Of a stretch of 64,000 nucleotides of DNA, positions 10,346-21,715 are shown one piece after another. Position numbers and translations under genes: made by a program. The stretch's first letter is position 1; each line of letters starts with the position of its first letter. Origin of the DNA: an uncultured Acidobacteriota bacterium (GTDB taxonomy: Bacteria; Acidobacteriota; Thermoanaerobaculia; Multivoradales; UBA5704); the NCBI GenBank assembly GCA_963770895.1, contig CAVYRF010000002.1:2688001-2752000 (forward strand), given 5' to 3'. The notes under the pieces were generated by a model. That model was not told where the DNA came from. It saw only the letters and a list, made by a program, of their open reading frames with translations, and did no database searches.

Positions 10346-11023
10346 ATGGCCTGGTTCCCTGACATCTATCGCTCGGCGGTGGGCAAAAAGGCGGTGATGG
10401 CCGCCACCGGCTTGATCCTGTTCGGGTTCGTGCTCGGGCACATGGCGGGCAACCTCAAGCTCTACGAGGGTCCGCGGGTGCTCAACGCCTACGCGGAATT
10501 CCTGCGCAGCGCCGGCCAGCCCGAGCTGCCGCGGGGGGCCCTGCTGTGGAGCGCCCGCGTGGTGCTGCTGGTCGCCGTCGTGCTGCACATCTGGGCCGCG
10601 TGGCAGCTCAACCTGGTCAGCCGCGCGGCGCGGCCGGTCGCCTACGCCGGCGGCACGCGCATCCACACCACCTACGCTTCGCGCACCATGCGCTGGGGCG
10701 GCGTCATCATCGCGCTGTTCGTCGTCTACCACCTGCTGCATCTCACCTGGGGGACGGTGCACCCCAGCTTCGTGCCCGGCGACGTCTACCACAACGTGGT
10801 GGCCGGCTTTCAGGTGTGGTGGGTGGCGGTGTTCTACGTCGCCGCCCAGGTGGCGCTGGGCTTCCACCTGTACCACGGCCTGTGGAGCCTGTTCCAGTCG
10901 CTGGGCTTGAACCATCCGCGCTTCAACCTGTGGCGCAACGGCTTCGCCCACGCCTTTGCCTGGATCGTCACCCTGGGCAACGTCGTCGCTTCCCCTCGCC
11001 GTGCTCAGCGGGCTGGTGCGCTG

Positions 11024-11024
<1 letters not shown>
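10346..11024 (+). CDS. sdhC: Succinate dehydrogenase cytochrome b558 subunit; apparent +1 frameshift near 10985
   Basis: [21 protein letters not shown] and HLYHG motifs; removing one base gives ...[16 protein letters not shown] overlapping the sdhA ATG. Confidence 0.88.
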
Positions 11025-12967
<1,943 letters not shown>

Positions 12968-12968
<1 letters not shown>

Positions 12969-13750
12969 TGAACCTGACTCTCTTCGTCTGGCGCCAGGCG
13001 GGGCCGGCAGCGGCCGGGCGCATGGCGCGCTACGAGGCGCGCGACATCAACCCGGACAGCTCCTTTTTGGAGATGCTCGACGTCGTCAACGAGCGGCTGG
13101 CCGAAAGCGGCCAGGATCGCATCGCCTTCGACCACGACTGCCGCGAAGGGATCTGCGGCATGTGCGGCTTCATGATCAACGGCGAAGCGCATGGGCCGCG
13201 CCGCGGCACCACCGTGTGCCAGCTGCACATGCGGCATTTCAAGGACGGCGACGTGCTGCACCTGGAGCCCTGGCGGTCGCGCGGCTTTCCGGTGGTCAAG
13301 GACCTGATGGTCAACCGCGGCGCCTTCGACCGCATCATCCAGGCCGGCGGCTTCATCTCGGTCGCGACCGGCAGCGCCCCCGAAGCCAACCTGATGCCGA
13401 TCCCCAAGGGGATCGCCGACCGCGCTTTCGAAGCCGCCGAGTGCATCGGCTGCGGCGCCTGCGTGGCGCAGTGCCCGAACGGCGCGGCGCAGCTGTTCAC
13501 CGCCGCCAAGATCTCCCACCTCGCCTTGCTGCCGCAGGGGCAGCCGGAGCGCTCGCCGCGGGCGCTGGCCATGGTCGAAGCGATGGAGCGTGAGGGATTT
13601 GGCTACTGCAGCAACCACGCCGAGTGCGAAGCCGTCTGCCCCAAGCGCATCTCGATCGACTGCATCGCCCGGCTCAACCGCGACTTTCTGCGCGCCCGGG
13701 CCGCAGCGCCGCCGCGCGGGCCGCAGGGCGGCGCCGGCGGCGCATCCTGA
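12968..13750 (+). CDS. sdhB: Succinate dehydrogenase/fumarate reductase iron-sulfur subunit
   Basis: [21 protein letters not shown] and [12 protein letters not shown] motifs; TAATG coupling. Confidence 0.95.
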
Positions 13751-13800
13751 GGAGCGCTGGCCGGCCGGGCGGCGCGCCAGCGGCAAGGAGTGAGCAAGCC

Positions 13801-14079
13801 ATGGCCCACCTGGTGATGCAGGACCTGGACCCGCGGGTGGTCGAAGCCCTGGCGGAGCGCGCCACGCGGCACGGCACCTCCATCGAGGCCGAGGCGCGGG
13901 CCGTGCTGGAAGGCGCGCTCGGCCTGTCGCGGGCGCGGGCGCTGGAGGGCGCGCGCCGCCTGCGGGCGCAGTGGGCGGGCCGGCCGCTGGCGGGCAGCGA
14001 CGAGCTGTTGCGGGCGGACCGCGACCGCCTGAGCGGCGACGCCGGCGACGACCCGGCGCCCGCCCGGGGAGGCGGCTGA
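13801..14079 (+). CDS. FitA-like ribbon-helix-helix antitoxin
   Basis: MAHLVMQDLD..L..RA..HG.S.EAEAR pattern; TGATG-coupled to a PIN gene. Confidence 0.8.
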   Translation: MAHLVMQDLDPRVVEALAERATRHGTSIEAEARAVLEGALGLSRARALEGARRLRAQWAGRPLAGSDELLRADRDRLSGDAGDDPAPARGGG

Positions 14080-14507
14080 TGCAGCGCTGCGTGGTGGACG
14101 CCTCGGTCGTGGCGCTGTGGTACTTCCCGCAGCCGGCCACGCCCCACGCCGACGCCCTGCTGGCCGGCAGGTGCGAGCTGCTGGCGCCCGACCTGCTGCA
14201 CCTCGAGATCGCCGCCCTGGTGGCGCGCCGGGTGCGCCGCGGCGAGATCGACGAAGAGGGCGGGCGCGCCGTGCTGGCCGAGCTGCGCCAGGTCCCCTTC
14301 GAGTGGGCGCCGGTCGCCACCCTGGTCCCCGCCGCCCTGGACCTGGCGCTGCGCGCCGATCTCAGCCTGGCGAGCAGCCTCTACCTGGCGCTGGCCATCC
14401 GCGACTCCTGTTCGCTGGTCACCGCCGACCGCCAGCTGTACGAAACCGCCTGCGCCGCCGGGCACGCCCGCAACCTGGTCTGGCTGGGCGACTTAGCCAG
14501 CGCGTAG
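14079..14507 (+). CDS. vapC: VapC-family PIN-domain toxin
   Basis: VVDAS, APDLLHLE and LVTAD motifs. Confidence 0.85.
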   Translation: MQRCVVDASVVALWYFPQPATPHADALLAGRCELLAPDLLHLEIAALVARRVRRGEIDEEGGRAVLAELRQVPFEWAPVATLVPAALDLALRADLSLASSLYLALAIRDSCSLVTADRQLYETACAAGHARNLVWLGDLASA

Positions 14508-14587
14508 CTCCTCTCAGCGACTCTCCGGCTGCACCGCAGTCTGTGCATTTTTTGCAGTTTGTCGGCGTCAGCGACGCGGAGGAGGGG

Positions 14588-14616
14588 TTGCGTTTGGCGG
14601 CAGTGATTCGTATAGT
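14588..14616 (+). promoter_or_regulatory. sigma70 promoter for glnA
   Basis: TTGCGT-N17-TATAGT, 30 nt before the ATG; GGAGG SD. Confidence 0.6.
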
Positions 14617-14646
14617 CTGCACATTCGACCCAAAAACGGAGGCGGA

Positions 14647-15978
14647 ATGTTGAATAGACAGGAGATTTTGAAGGCTTCTGACGAGCAGGGAGTGCGCTTC
14701 ATGCGCCTCCAGTTCACCGACATCCTCGGGATCATCAAGAACGTCGAGATCCCGCGCAGCCAATTTGAGAAGGCGCTGGACGGACAGATCCTGTTCGACG
14801 GCTCGTCGATCGAAGGCTTCACCCGCATCGAAGAGTCCGACATGCTGCTGGTGCCCGACCTGGCCACGTTCCGGGTCAATCCCTGGTCCAATCCCGACGG
14901 CTCCAAGGTGGCGCGCATGATCTGCGACGTCTACATGCCGGACGGCGACCCGTTCGTCGGCTGTCCGCGCATGACCCTCAAGCGCCAGGTCGAGCGGGCC
15001 AAGAAGCACGGCTTCACCATGGTCGCCGGCCCCGAGGCCGAATTCTTCCTGTTCCAGCGCGACGAAAAGGGCGGCGTGCGCATCGAAACCCACGACGTCG
15101 GCGGCTACTTCGACCTGACGCCGGTCGATCGCGGCGAAGAGTGCCGGCGCGACATCGTCATCGTGCTGGAGGCGATGGGCTTCGAAGTCGAGGCGGCGCA
15201 CCACGAGGTCGCCCCCGGTCAGCACGAAATCGACTTCAAGTACGCCGATGCCCTGTCCACCGCCGACAACGTCACCACCTTCCGCTTCGTGGTCAAGAAG
15301 GTGGCCCAGGACCACAACCTGCACGCCACCTTCATGCCCAAGCCCATCTTCGGCGTCAACGGCTCCGGCATGCACGTGCACCAGAGCCTCCTCAACAGCG
15401 CCGGCGAAAACGCCTTCTACGATCCCGACGCGCCCTGGCAGCTGTCCAAGGTGGCGCTGTCCTACATCGGCGGCATCCTGGAGCACGCCACGGGCTTCTC
15501 CGCGGTCACCAACCCGCTGGTCAACTCCTACAAGCGGCTGGTCCCCGGCTACGAAGCGCCGATCAACGTCGCCTGGTCGGAAAAGAACCGCAGCCCGCTG
15601 GTGCGCGTCCCCGCCAAGCGCGGCATGTCCACCCGCTGCGAAGTGCGCATGCCCGACCCCTCCTGCAACCCCTACCTGGCCCTGGCCGTCATGCTGGCCT
15701 CCGGCATGGACGGCCTGGAGCGCAAGCTGGACGCCGGCGCGCCGGTCAACAAGAACATCTTCACCATGAGCGCCCGCGAAAAGGCCCGCCTGCGCATCGC
15801 GCAGCTCCCCGCCAACCTGCAGGACGCCCTGGACAAGATGGAAAAGGACGACGTCGTGCGCGACGCCCTGGGCACCCACATCTTCGAGCACTACCTGCGC
15901 GCCAAGCGCCAGGAGTGGGCCGCCTACATCTCCCACGTCCACCCCTGGGAGCAGGACCGCTACCTCACCGAGTACTGA
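14647..15978 (+). CDS. glnA: Glutamine synthetase type I (GSI-alpha-like)
   Basis: FDGSSIEGF, HHEVAPGQHEI, TFMPKP, NGSGMH and NRSPLVR motifs. Confidence 0.97.
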   Translation: MLNRQEILKASDEQGVRFMRLQFTDILGIIKNVEIPRSQFEKALDGQILFDGSSIEGFTRIEESDMLLVPDLATFRVNPWSNPDGSKVARMICDVYMPDGDPFVGCPRMTLKRQVERAKKHGFTMVAGPEAEFFLFQRDEKGGVRIETHDVGGYFDLTPVDRGEECRRDIVIVLEAMGFEVEAAHHEVAPGQHEIDFKYADALSTADNVTTFRFVVKKVAQDHNLHATFMPKPIFGVNGSGMHVHQSLLNSAGENAFYDPDAPWQLSKVALSYIGGILEHATGFSAVTNPLVNSYKRLVPGYEAPINVAWSEKNRSPLVRVPAKRGMSTRCEVRMPDPSCNPYLALAVMLASGMDGLERKLDAGAPVNKNIFTMSAREKARLRIAQLPANLQDALDKMEKDDVVRDALGTHIFEHYLRAKRQEWAAYISHVHPWEQDRYLTEY

Positions 15979-15984
15979 TCCCCT

Positions 15985-16054
15985 CGGTGGGGCGAAGTGC
16001 TGACCGCCGGCCTCGCCGCTGGCGGCCCGCCGCTTCGCCCCACCGCCGTTGTTT
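15985..16054 (+). terminator. Long hairpin, probable terminator after glnA
   Basis: 13-bp stem CGGTGGGGCGAAG/CTTCGCCCCACCG followed by a T-rich stretch. Confidence 0.55.
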
Positions 16055-16098
16055 GCGCGTGGTACACGACGCCATGCGGCAGGGCGTAGAATCGCCAC

Positions 16099-17505
16099 AT
16101 GGCTACCCGGAAGCGGACCGCCGCCGGAGGACCTGCCGAGGCTGCGCGAGTCGATGGGCTGTATCGGCCCTTCGTGCCGTTCGCGGATTGGGGCAGGCTC
16201 GGCGGCGTGCGCCGGGATCTGTGGGCGCGGTTCGCCGCCGCGCTCGCCCAACGCCGGCAGCTGGCCCGCCCCGACCTGCTGGAGCGGGCGGTGGCGGTTG
16301 CGCTGCGCTCGGCCGCCCTGGATACCGGTGCCATCGAAGGTTTGTACCAGGTCGATCGCGGCTTCACCTGGAGCGTCGCGGTGCAAAGCTTCGCCTGGGA
16401 GCTGGCTCTGGCGGAGCGGGGCGACAGCGTGCCGCAGCTGTTCGCCGCCCAGCTGGCGGGCTACGAGCTGGTGATCGGCCTGGTGGGCGGACGGGCGCCG
16501 CTGGGCGAGGCGTGGTTGCGCTCCCTGCACGAGCGGATCTGCGCGCCGCAAGCGACGTACCGTGTGCTGACCGCCCAGGGGTGGCAGCAGCAGACGCTGC
16601 CGCTGGGCCTCTACAAGGCGGTGGCCAACCAGGTGCGGCTGGCGGACGGCACCGTACACGCCTACGCGCCGGTTGCGGACGTGGCGGCGGAGATGCACCG
16701 CCTGGTGGAGCAGCTCCGCTCCCCGGCATTCGAAAACGCCCATCCGGTCGAGCAGGCTGCCTACGCCCATCATGCGTTCACCGCCGTGCACCCCTTCGCC
16801 GACGGCAATGGCCGGGTGGCCAGGGCGCTGGCATCGGTCTACCTGTACCGCAGCCTTGGCATTCCGTTCGTGGTCTTCGCGCACCAGCGATCGCCATACT
16901 TTGACGCCCTGGAGCACCTGGACCGCGGCGATGCCGACCCATGGCTCTCCTTTGTCGCCGACCGCGGTATCGACACGATGCAGCTCGTCCTCGAAAGCCT
17001 GCAGGCGGCAGCCGCGCCGCGCCCGGACGAAATCGCCGAGCCGATGGCCGCGGACGATGGAGCGCGGGGCCGTACCGATGCCGAGTGGGACAACCTGGCG
17101 CTGCACCTGCTGGTGGGGTTGCAGGACCGCTGGGTGCGCGCCATCGCGCCGCTTCTGGCCGGCGCCGCGATCGAGCGCGGGCCTGGCGATTGGCGGCCGC
17201 CCGCGGGCTATCGCCGCATCGACAGCCCGCGTTTTCCCGTCCTGACGCTGGCGCTGCGAGCGCCGGCCCCGGTGGCGTTCACGCGCATGATCTCCTTGCG
17301 GGTGAACGTGGCACTGGACGATGCCAATCCCTTCGCCTTCCAGCTGGAGGCCTGCGGCAGCGACGACCGGCTGGACGTGCGCGACGCCGACGTGGCTCCC
17401 GACGTCAGCGACAGCCTCCTGTTCCGCATCGACCTGTGGACCGAGCGCCAGCTGGCCACGATGATGGCGGAGCGGGCGCGCCAGGTGGCCGGCGCCCCGG
17501 CCTAG
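16099..17505 (+). CDS. Fic family protein with an uncharacterised C-terminal extension
   Basis: HPFADGNGRVAR Fic motif; N-terminal TGAIEG inhibitory-type motif. Confidence 0.9.
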   Translation: MATRKRTAAGGPAEAARVDGLYRPFVPFADWGRLGGVRRDLWARFAAALAQRRQLARPDLLERAVAVALRSAALDTGAIEGLYQVDRGFTWSVAVQSFAWELALAERGDSVPQLFAAQLAGYELVIGLVGGRAPLGEAWLRSLHERICAPQATYRVLTAQGWQQQTLPLGLYKAVANQVRLADGTVHAYAPVADVAAEMHRLVEQLRSPAFENAHPVEQAAYAHHAFTAVHPFADGNGRVARALASVYLYRSLGIPFVVFAHQRSPYFDALEHLDRGDADPWLSFVADRGIDTMQLVLESLQAAAAPRPDEIAEPMAADDGARGRTDAEWDNLALHLLVGLQDRWVRAIAPLLAGAAIERGPGDWRPPAGYRRIDSPRFPVLTLALRAPAPVAFTRMISLRVNVALDDANPFAFQLEACGSDDRLDVRDADVAPDVSDSLLFRIDLWTERQLATMMAERARQVAGAPA

Positions 17506-17786
17506 CCGAAGCGCCCTTCGCCGCGGCAAGACCTCCCCCCCTCGCCCCCGGCCCGAGCGCGGTCGCGCCGTCAGGCGCGCCGCGGTCGGGGCAATCAGCC
17601 GTAGGTGCGACGACGCCTTCCGCGAGCGTGTGGCGGCGAAGGTTCACCGTGCGAGGCAACCCTTTCTACCGTTCAGGTCACCAATGCGTTATGAGCCACA
17701 CCCATCGAGCTCGGCTCGAGCAGGTGCGGATCAGGCGGCTTTATGGAGAACCTGAACCGCAGTCACTGAGACTGAGGAGAGCACAG

Positions 17787-19421
17787 ATGAAAGAAAGACC
17801 TTCCCGATGGGCTGTCGCGTTCATCCTGCTGTTCTCCAGCGCGTCAGCCTACGCCCAGGACGCGTGCGAACGCCTCACTGCGGCAAAGATTCCCAACGCC
17901 GCGATTACGCTCGCGCAGACGGTTGCGGCGGGCACGTTCAACGGCCCTCCCGCGCTTAGCGGCACCGATCTCTCGCCTTTATATAAGAGTCTCCCGGCAT
18001 TCTGCCGCGTCGTTGCCGAGGCGAAGCCGACCGCGGACTCCGACATCAAGCTCGAAGTCTGGCTTCCGGTCTTGGGATGGAATGGCAAGCTGCAAGGGAT
18101 CGGCAGTGGCGGATTCGCCGGACTGATTGACGATATGCAGCTCGCATTGTCGGTGAAGGCGGGGTACACCGCGACGGCGACGGACACGGGCCATACGGGA
18201 TCTCCGGGCGATGCGGGTTGGGCGATGGGGCACCCGGAAAAGATTATCGATTTCGGTCATCGCGGAATTCATGAGATGACGCGCGTCGCCAAGACGGTCA
18301 TCGCGGCTTATTACTCCAAGCCGCCGCAGCGCTCATACTTCGCCGGATGTTCCGACGGCGGGCGTGAGGCGTTGATGGAAGCCCAACGTTATCCCGAGGA
18401 CTATGACGGAATCCTGGCCGGCGCTCCCGCGAACAACTGGACTGCTCTGCTCGCGACTGCAGCGTATGACATCCAGGTCCTGACGACGGATTCGGCCAGC
18501 TTCATTCCTCTGGCAAAGATTCCCACGATTGGAGCGGCGGTGAACGCCGCGTGCGACGAGGTGGATGGCGTGCACGATGGGATTCTGAACGATCCGCGGC
18601 AGTGTCACTTCGATCCCGCGACGATCCAGTGCAAGGGAGAGGATTCCGACAAATGCCTGACGGCTGCGCAGGTCGCTGCGTTGAAGAAACTCTACGCGGG
18701 AACGCTTGATTCCGAAGGGCACGTGGTGTACCCCGGCTATCTGCCCGGCGCCGAAGAGGGCCAAGGCGGCTGGGGACTCTGGATCACCGGCCCGGCGCCC
18801 GCGAAGAGTTTCATGGCGGCTTTCGCCAATGGATTCTTCTCCGCCTTTGTCTTCGGGAACTCCGCTTGGGACTACAAGACGTTCAAGGTTGATGCGGACC
18901 TGAAAGCCGCCAATGAGAGAACCGCGCAGGCCCTGAACGCTATGGATCCCGACCTCAAGCCGTTCAAAGCCCGCGGAGGAAAGTTGGTTCTCTATCACGG
19001 CTGGAACGATCCGGCGATCACGGCGTTGAACACGATCGACTATTACGAGAGCGTCATCAAGAAGATGGGGCAAAAAGACGTCGACTCTTTTGTCCGCCTC
19101 TACATGGCGCCGGGCCTGCAACACTGCGCCGGAGGCCCGGGACCGGATTCCTTCGGAGCGGTGCTGACGCCGCTGTCGGACGTCGCCGTCCATGATCCGA
19201 AGTTCGACGACCCGCAGCATAGCGTCCACGCGTCTTTGGAGCAGTGGGTGGAAAAGGCCGCGGCGCCGTCAAAAATCATTGCGTCGAAGTTCGAGGGCCA
19301 GGACCGCACGCACGCGAAGATGACGCGGCCTCTATGCCCATATCCGCAGGTAGCGAAGTACAAAGGCCGCGGCGATCCGAATGACGCCGCGAACTTTGAG
19401 TGCGAGCGGCCGACGAAATAA
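17787..19421 (+). CDS. Secreted tannase/feruloyl esterase family hydrolase
   Basis: Signal peptide; GCSDGG, HGWND and QHC (CS-D-HC) motifs; RPLCPYP; GAGGAG SD. Confidence 0.92.
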   Translation: MKERPSRWAVAFILLFSSASAYAQDACERLTAAKIPNAAITLAQTVAAGTFNGPPALSGTDLSPLYKSLPAFCRVVAEAKPTADSDIKLEVWLPVLGWNGKLQGIGSGGFAGLIDDMQLALSVKAGYTATATDTGHTGSPGDAGWAMGHPEKIIDFGHRGIHEMTRVAKTVIAAYYSKPPQRSYFAGCSDGGREALMEAQRYPEDYDGILAGAPANNWTALLATAAYDIQVLTTDSASFIPLAKIPTIGAAVNAACDEVDGVHDGILNDPRQCHFDPATIQCKGEDSDKCLTAAQVAALKKLYAGTLDSEGHVVYPGYLPGAEEGQGGWGLWITGPAPAKSFMAAFANGFFSAFVFGNSAWDYKTFKVDADLKAANERTAQALNAMDPDLKPFKARGGKLVLYHGWNDPAITALNTIDYYESVIKKMGQKDVDSFVRLYMAPGLQHCAGGPGPDSFGAVLTPLSDVAVHDPKFDDPQHSVHASLEQWVEKAAAPSKIIASKFEGQDRTHAKMTRPLCPYPQVAKYKGRGDPNDAANFECERPTK

Positions 19422-19465
19422 GCACCTGTGCACGCAGCCCCAGGATTCATGGACAGGTTGCCCTG

Positions 19466-19573
19466 TATACCCTCATCGCTCAGAGCTGCCTGGACCACGA
19501 TGTAGCTCTCGTCACCAGGGATGGCGACTTTCGCCATTTCGCCGCAGCCCGCGGCCTGCAACTACTCGGCTGA
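19466..19573 (+). pseudogene. C-terminal remnant of a VapC/PIN toxin
   Basis: Translates as YTLIAQSCLDHDVALVTRDGDFRHFAAARGLQLLG*, with no in-frame start or N-terminus. Confidence 0.7.
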
Positions 19574-19766
19574 GCTCATTACGGATGACCTCAACCAAGG
19601 TGGCTGTGCCGCCTGGCTGACCGGCGTAAGGTTCATGGCGCTGCCCAAATGACGCGAGGGCTCAGTTTCTACTACGATGCGAAGGAAGATGCTCCGCGGG
19701 CCACGGCGGAGCTCCAACCGAGCGAATACTACGAGGAACTCACCTATGAGAACCCAAAGTGGGGCA

Positions 19767-21035
19767 ATGGCTAAGCCAATCCGGCCGGCGCGCGGGCCGT
19801 CCGCCTGGGGTCCCCTTCTTGCCGGGCAGGATCGCCAGCGGGCTCTGACGGCGGTGCATGCGATTGCCGACGATCTCCGAACGCTCCCCTTGCCGCGGCA
19901 AACCTCCGAGTCGGTCTGCGACCTGGCGTGCGCAGCTCTGTTCCTTACCTATCTGGCGCAGGCAACGGGCCGCACCGGCGATGCCGTGGCGGCGCAGACG
20001 CTGCTTGAAGCTGCCACCGACCGCGCAGGCGTCGCCGAGCAGCTACCGATGTCCCTCCAAAGCGGCGCCACGGGGCTCGCCTGGGTCCTCCACCACATCG
20101 CGAAGGTACTCGAGCTCGAGGGCGCCGCGGTAGCCACGAGCTCCCTCGACGAAGAGCTGCTTGGACGTCTGCATGGCCCCGCGGACATCGGCGAGCCGTA
20201 CGATCTGCTCGACGGACTCGTCGGGCTGGGGGTCTACGGCTTCGAGTCCGGAAACCGCCCGCTGGTGGAGAGAGTCATCCGTCGCCTGGCGGCACGCAAG
20301 CAGGCTGCCGCCGAAGGTCTTGCCTGGCATATCCCTCCGGAGGACGGCGAGGGAGACTGGTTCGCAGAGGGCCACTCCAACCTGGGACTCGCGCACGGCG
20401 TCGCGGGCGTCGTCGCCTTTCTGGCCGGCGCCATGGCCGAGGACATCGAACCAGACACGGCTCGTCCGCTGCTGCTTGACACGGTCCACTGGGTCCGCCG
20501 CCAGCGCCTGCCGGACGGCGAGGCGCGCGCTTTTCCCTGGGTTGTAACCCCTGGACGGCCGCCGTTGACGCAGGGCCTCGATCCGGGGTGGGCCTACGCG
20601 GATTCGGGCATTGCTGCGGCGCTCGGCCACGCGGCGCGGGTGCTCGGCGACGCGGACCTTCTGGAGGAAGCCCTCCTGGTAGCCGAACGGGAGGCCGCAG
20701 GCATGGACGAGCTGCCGGTGCGCCAGCCCAGCATCGGCTACGGACCGGCGGGCTTTGCGCAGATCTTCACGCGCCTCTACCGGCAGACGGGTCGGCCGAC
20801 GTTCCGGCGCGCCGCTCGCAGGGAGGTCGTTCGCCTCTTGGAAATGCAAGCGCCCGGAATGGGAGCTGGCGGTTTCTTGTCGCAAGACGAAGCGGGTCGA
20901 CCGCACCAGGCGGACGTCAGCTTCCTTCGCGGCACCAGCGGCATCGGCCTTGTACTGCTGGGCGTCGCGACTGCCGTCGATCCGCTGTGGGACCGGCTTC
21001 TTCTACTCTCTCCTCTCCGCCTGGAACCGCGCTAA
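19767..21035 (+). CDS. LanC-like (lanthionine synthetase C fold) protein lacking the zinc ligands
   Basis: YDLLDGLVG, NLGLAHGVAG, FLRGTSGIGL and WDRLLLLS LanC motifs; WCYG is WAYA and CHG is GYG. Confidence 0.88.
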   Translation: MAKPIRPARGPSAWGPLLAGQDRQRALTAVHAIADDLRTLPLPRQTSESVCDLACAALFLTYLAQATGRTGDAVAAQTLLEAATDRAGVAEQLPMSLQSGATGLAWVLHHIAKVLELEGAAVATSSLDEELLGRLHGPADIGEPYDLLDGLVGLGVYGFESGNRPLVERVIRRLAARKQAAAEGLAWHIPPEDGEGDWFAEGHSNLGLAHGVAGVVAFLAGAMAEDIEPDTARPLLLDTVHWVRRQRLPDGEARAFPWVVTPGRPPLTQGLDPGWAYADSGIAAALGHAARVLGDADLLEEALLVAEREAAGMDELPVRQPSIGYGPAGFAQIFTRLYRQTGRPTFRRAARREVVRLLEMQAPGMGAGGFLSQDEAGRPHQADVSFLRGTSGIGLVLLGVATAVDPLWDRLLLLSPLRLEPR

Positions 21036-21151
21036 AAACGCACTCCGCGATAGCCCCGGCTCCATTTCCGAAGTTTCGCGCACTGCTATAGATGTGAAGA
21101 CTCAATCCCTGGCAGAAGTCGACCAGGGCCGGACCGAGAAAGGACACCAAG

Positions 21152-21301
21152 ATGAAGAAGCAGAGCACCATCCTGAAGAAGCTGAGGATCAACAGCGAAA
21201 CCCTGCTCCCTCTGGCATCACGCCAGATCCATAACGTTAAAGCGGGGGCGGGTGCCGGCACAATGGTACACCTCAACAACTCACGCGTCATCCACGACTA
21301 G
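21152..21301 (+). CDS. RiPP precursor-like peptide, 49 aa, cysteine-free (MKKQSTILKKLRINSETLLPLASRQIHNVKAG-AGAGTMVHLNNSRVIHD)
   Basis: Manual translation; AAGGA SD; class I lanthipeptide-type leader KKLxIxxETL..L...VxAG; 116 nt downstream of the LanC-like gene. Confidence 0.7.
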   Translation: MKKQSTILKKLRINSETLLPLASRQIHNVKAGAGAGTMVHLNNSRVIHD

Positions 21302-21440
21302 GATGCCTTTTCGCCAGGTACTCGCGGCGCGATCGAGCGCTGTCGATGTGGCGGCCCAAGGTCTTCGCCGCGCCGTGAGTACCAATGCCAGGCGGCCTCT
21401 CGCCCATACATGGCTGAAGCCCCTGCTCCCGACCTTAAAG

Positions 21441-21468
21441 GCTGCGTGAGCCTGGCGGCTCACGCAGC
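21441..21468. terminator. Perfect 12-bp hairpin downstream of the peptide gene
   Basis: GCTGCGTGAGCC-TGGC-GGCTCACGCAGC; no T-tract. Confidence 0.4.
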
Positions 21469-21601
21469 TGCTCCTGCGATACGAACGACTCCGGCCCCTT
21501 GAGCGGTGACTTGACGGCCAGCACTGCTCACTTTTGCCTGCCGCGGGACGTCGCGGCGGCCGAGCGCGCGGCCGGCCGGATGCTGCAAGATGCCACCATG
21601 T

Positions 21602-21715
21602 TCAGCGTTTCATGATGTGCAGGGCGCGCTCCACGATCTTGTCGACGGTGAAGCCGAAGCGCAGATACAGGTCCTTGGCCGGCGCCGAGGCGCCGAAGCC
21701 TTCCATGCCGATCAT
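21602..21715 (-). pseudogene. Transketolase C-terminal fragment
   Basis: MIGMEGFGASAPAKDLYLRFGFTVDKIVERALHIMKR* matches the FGxSAP..L...FGFT end of transketolases. Confidence 0.8.

Noticed and set aside
14530-14547. TGCAC...GTGCA palindrome upstream of glnA as an NtrC site
   Set aside because: Spacing is N8 rather than N7, and no sigma54 box precedes glnA; a sigma70 promoter explains the region.
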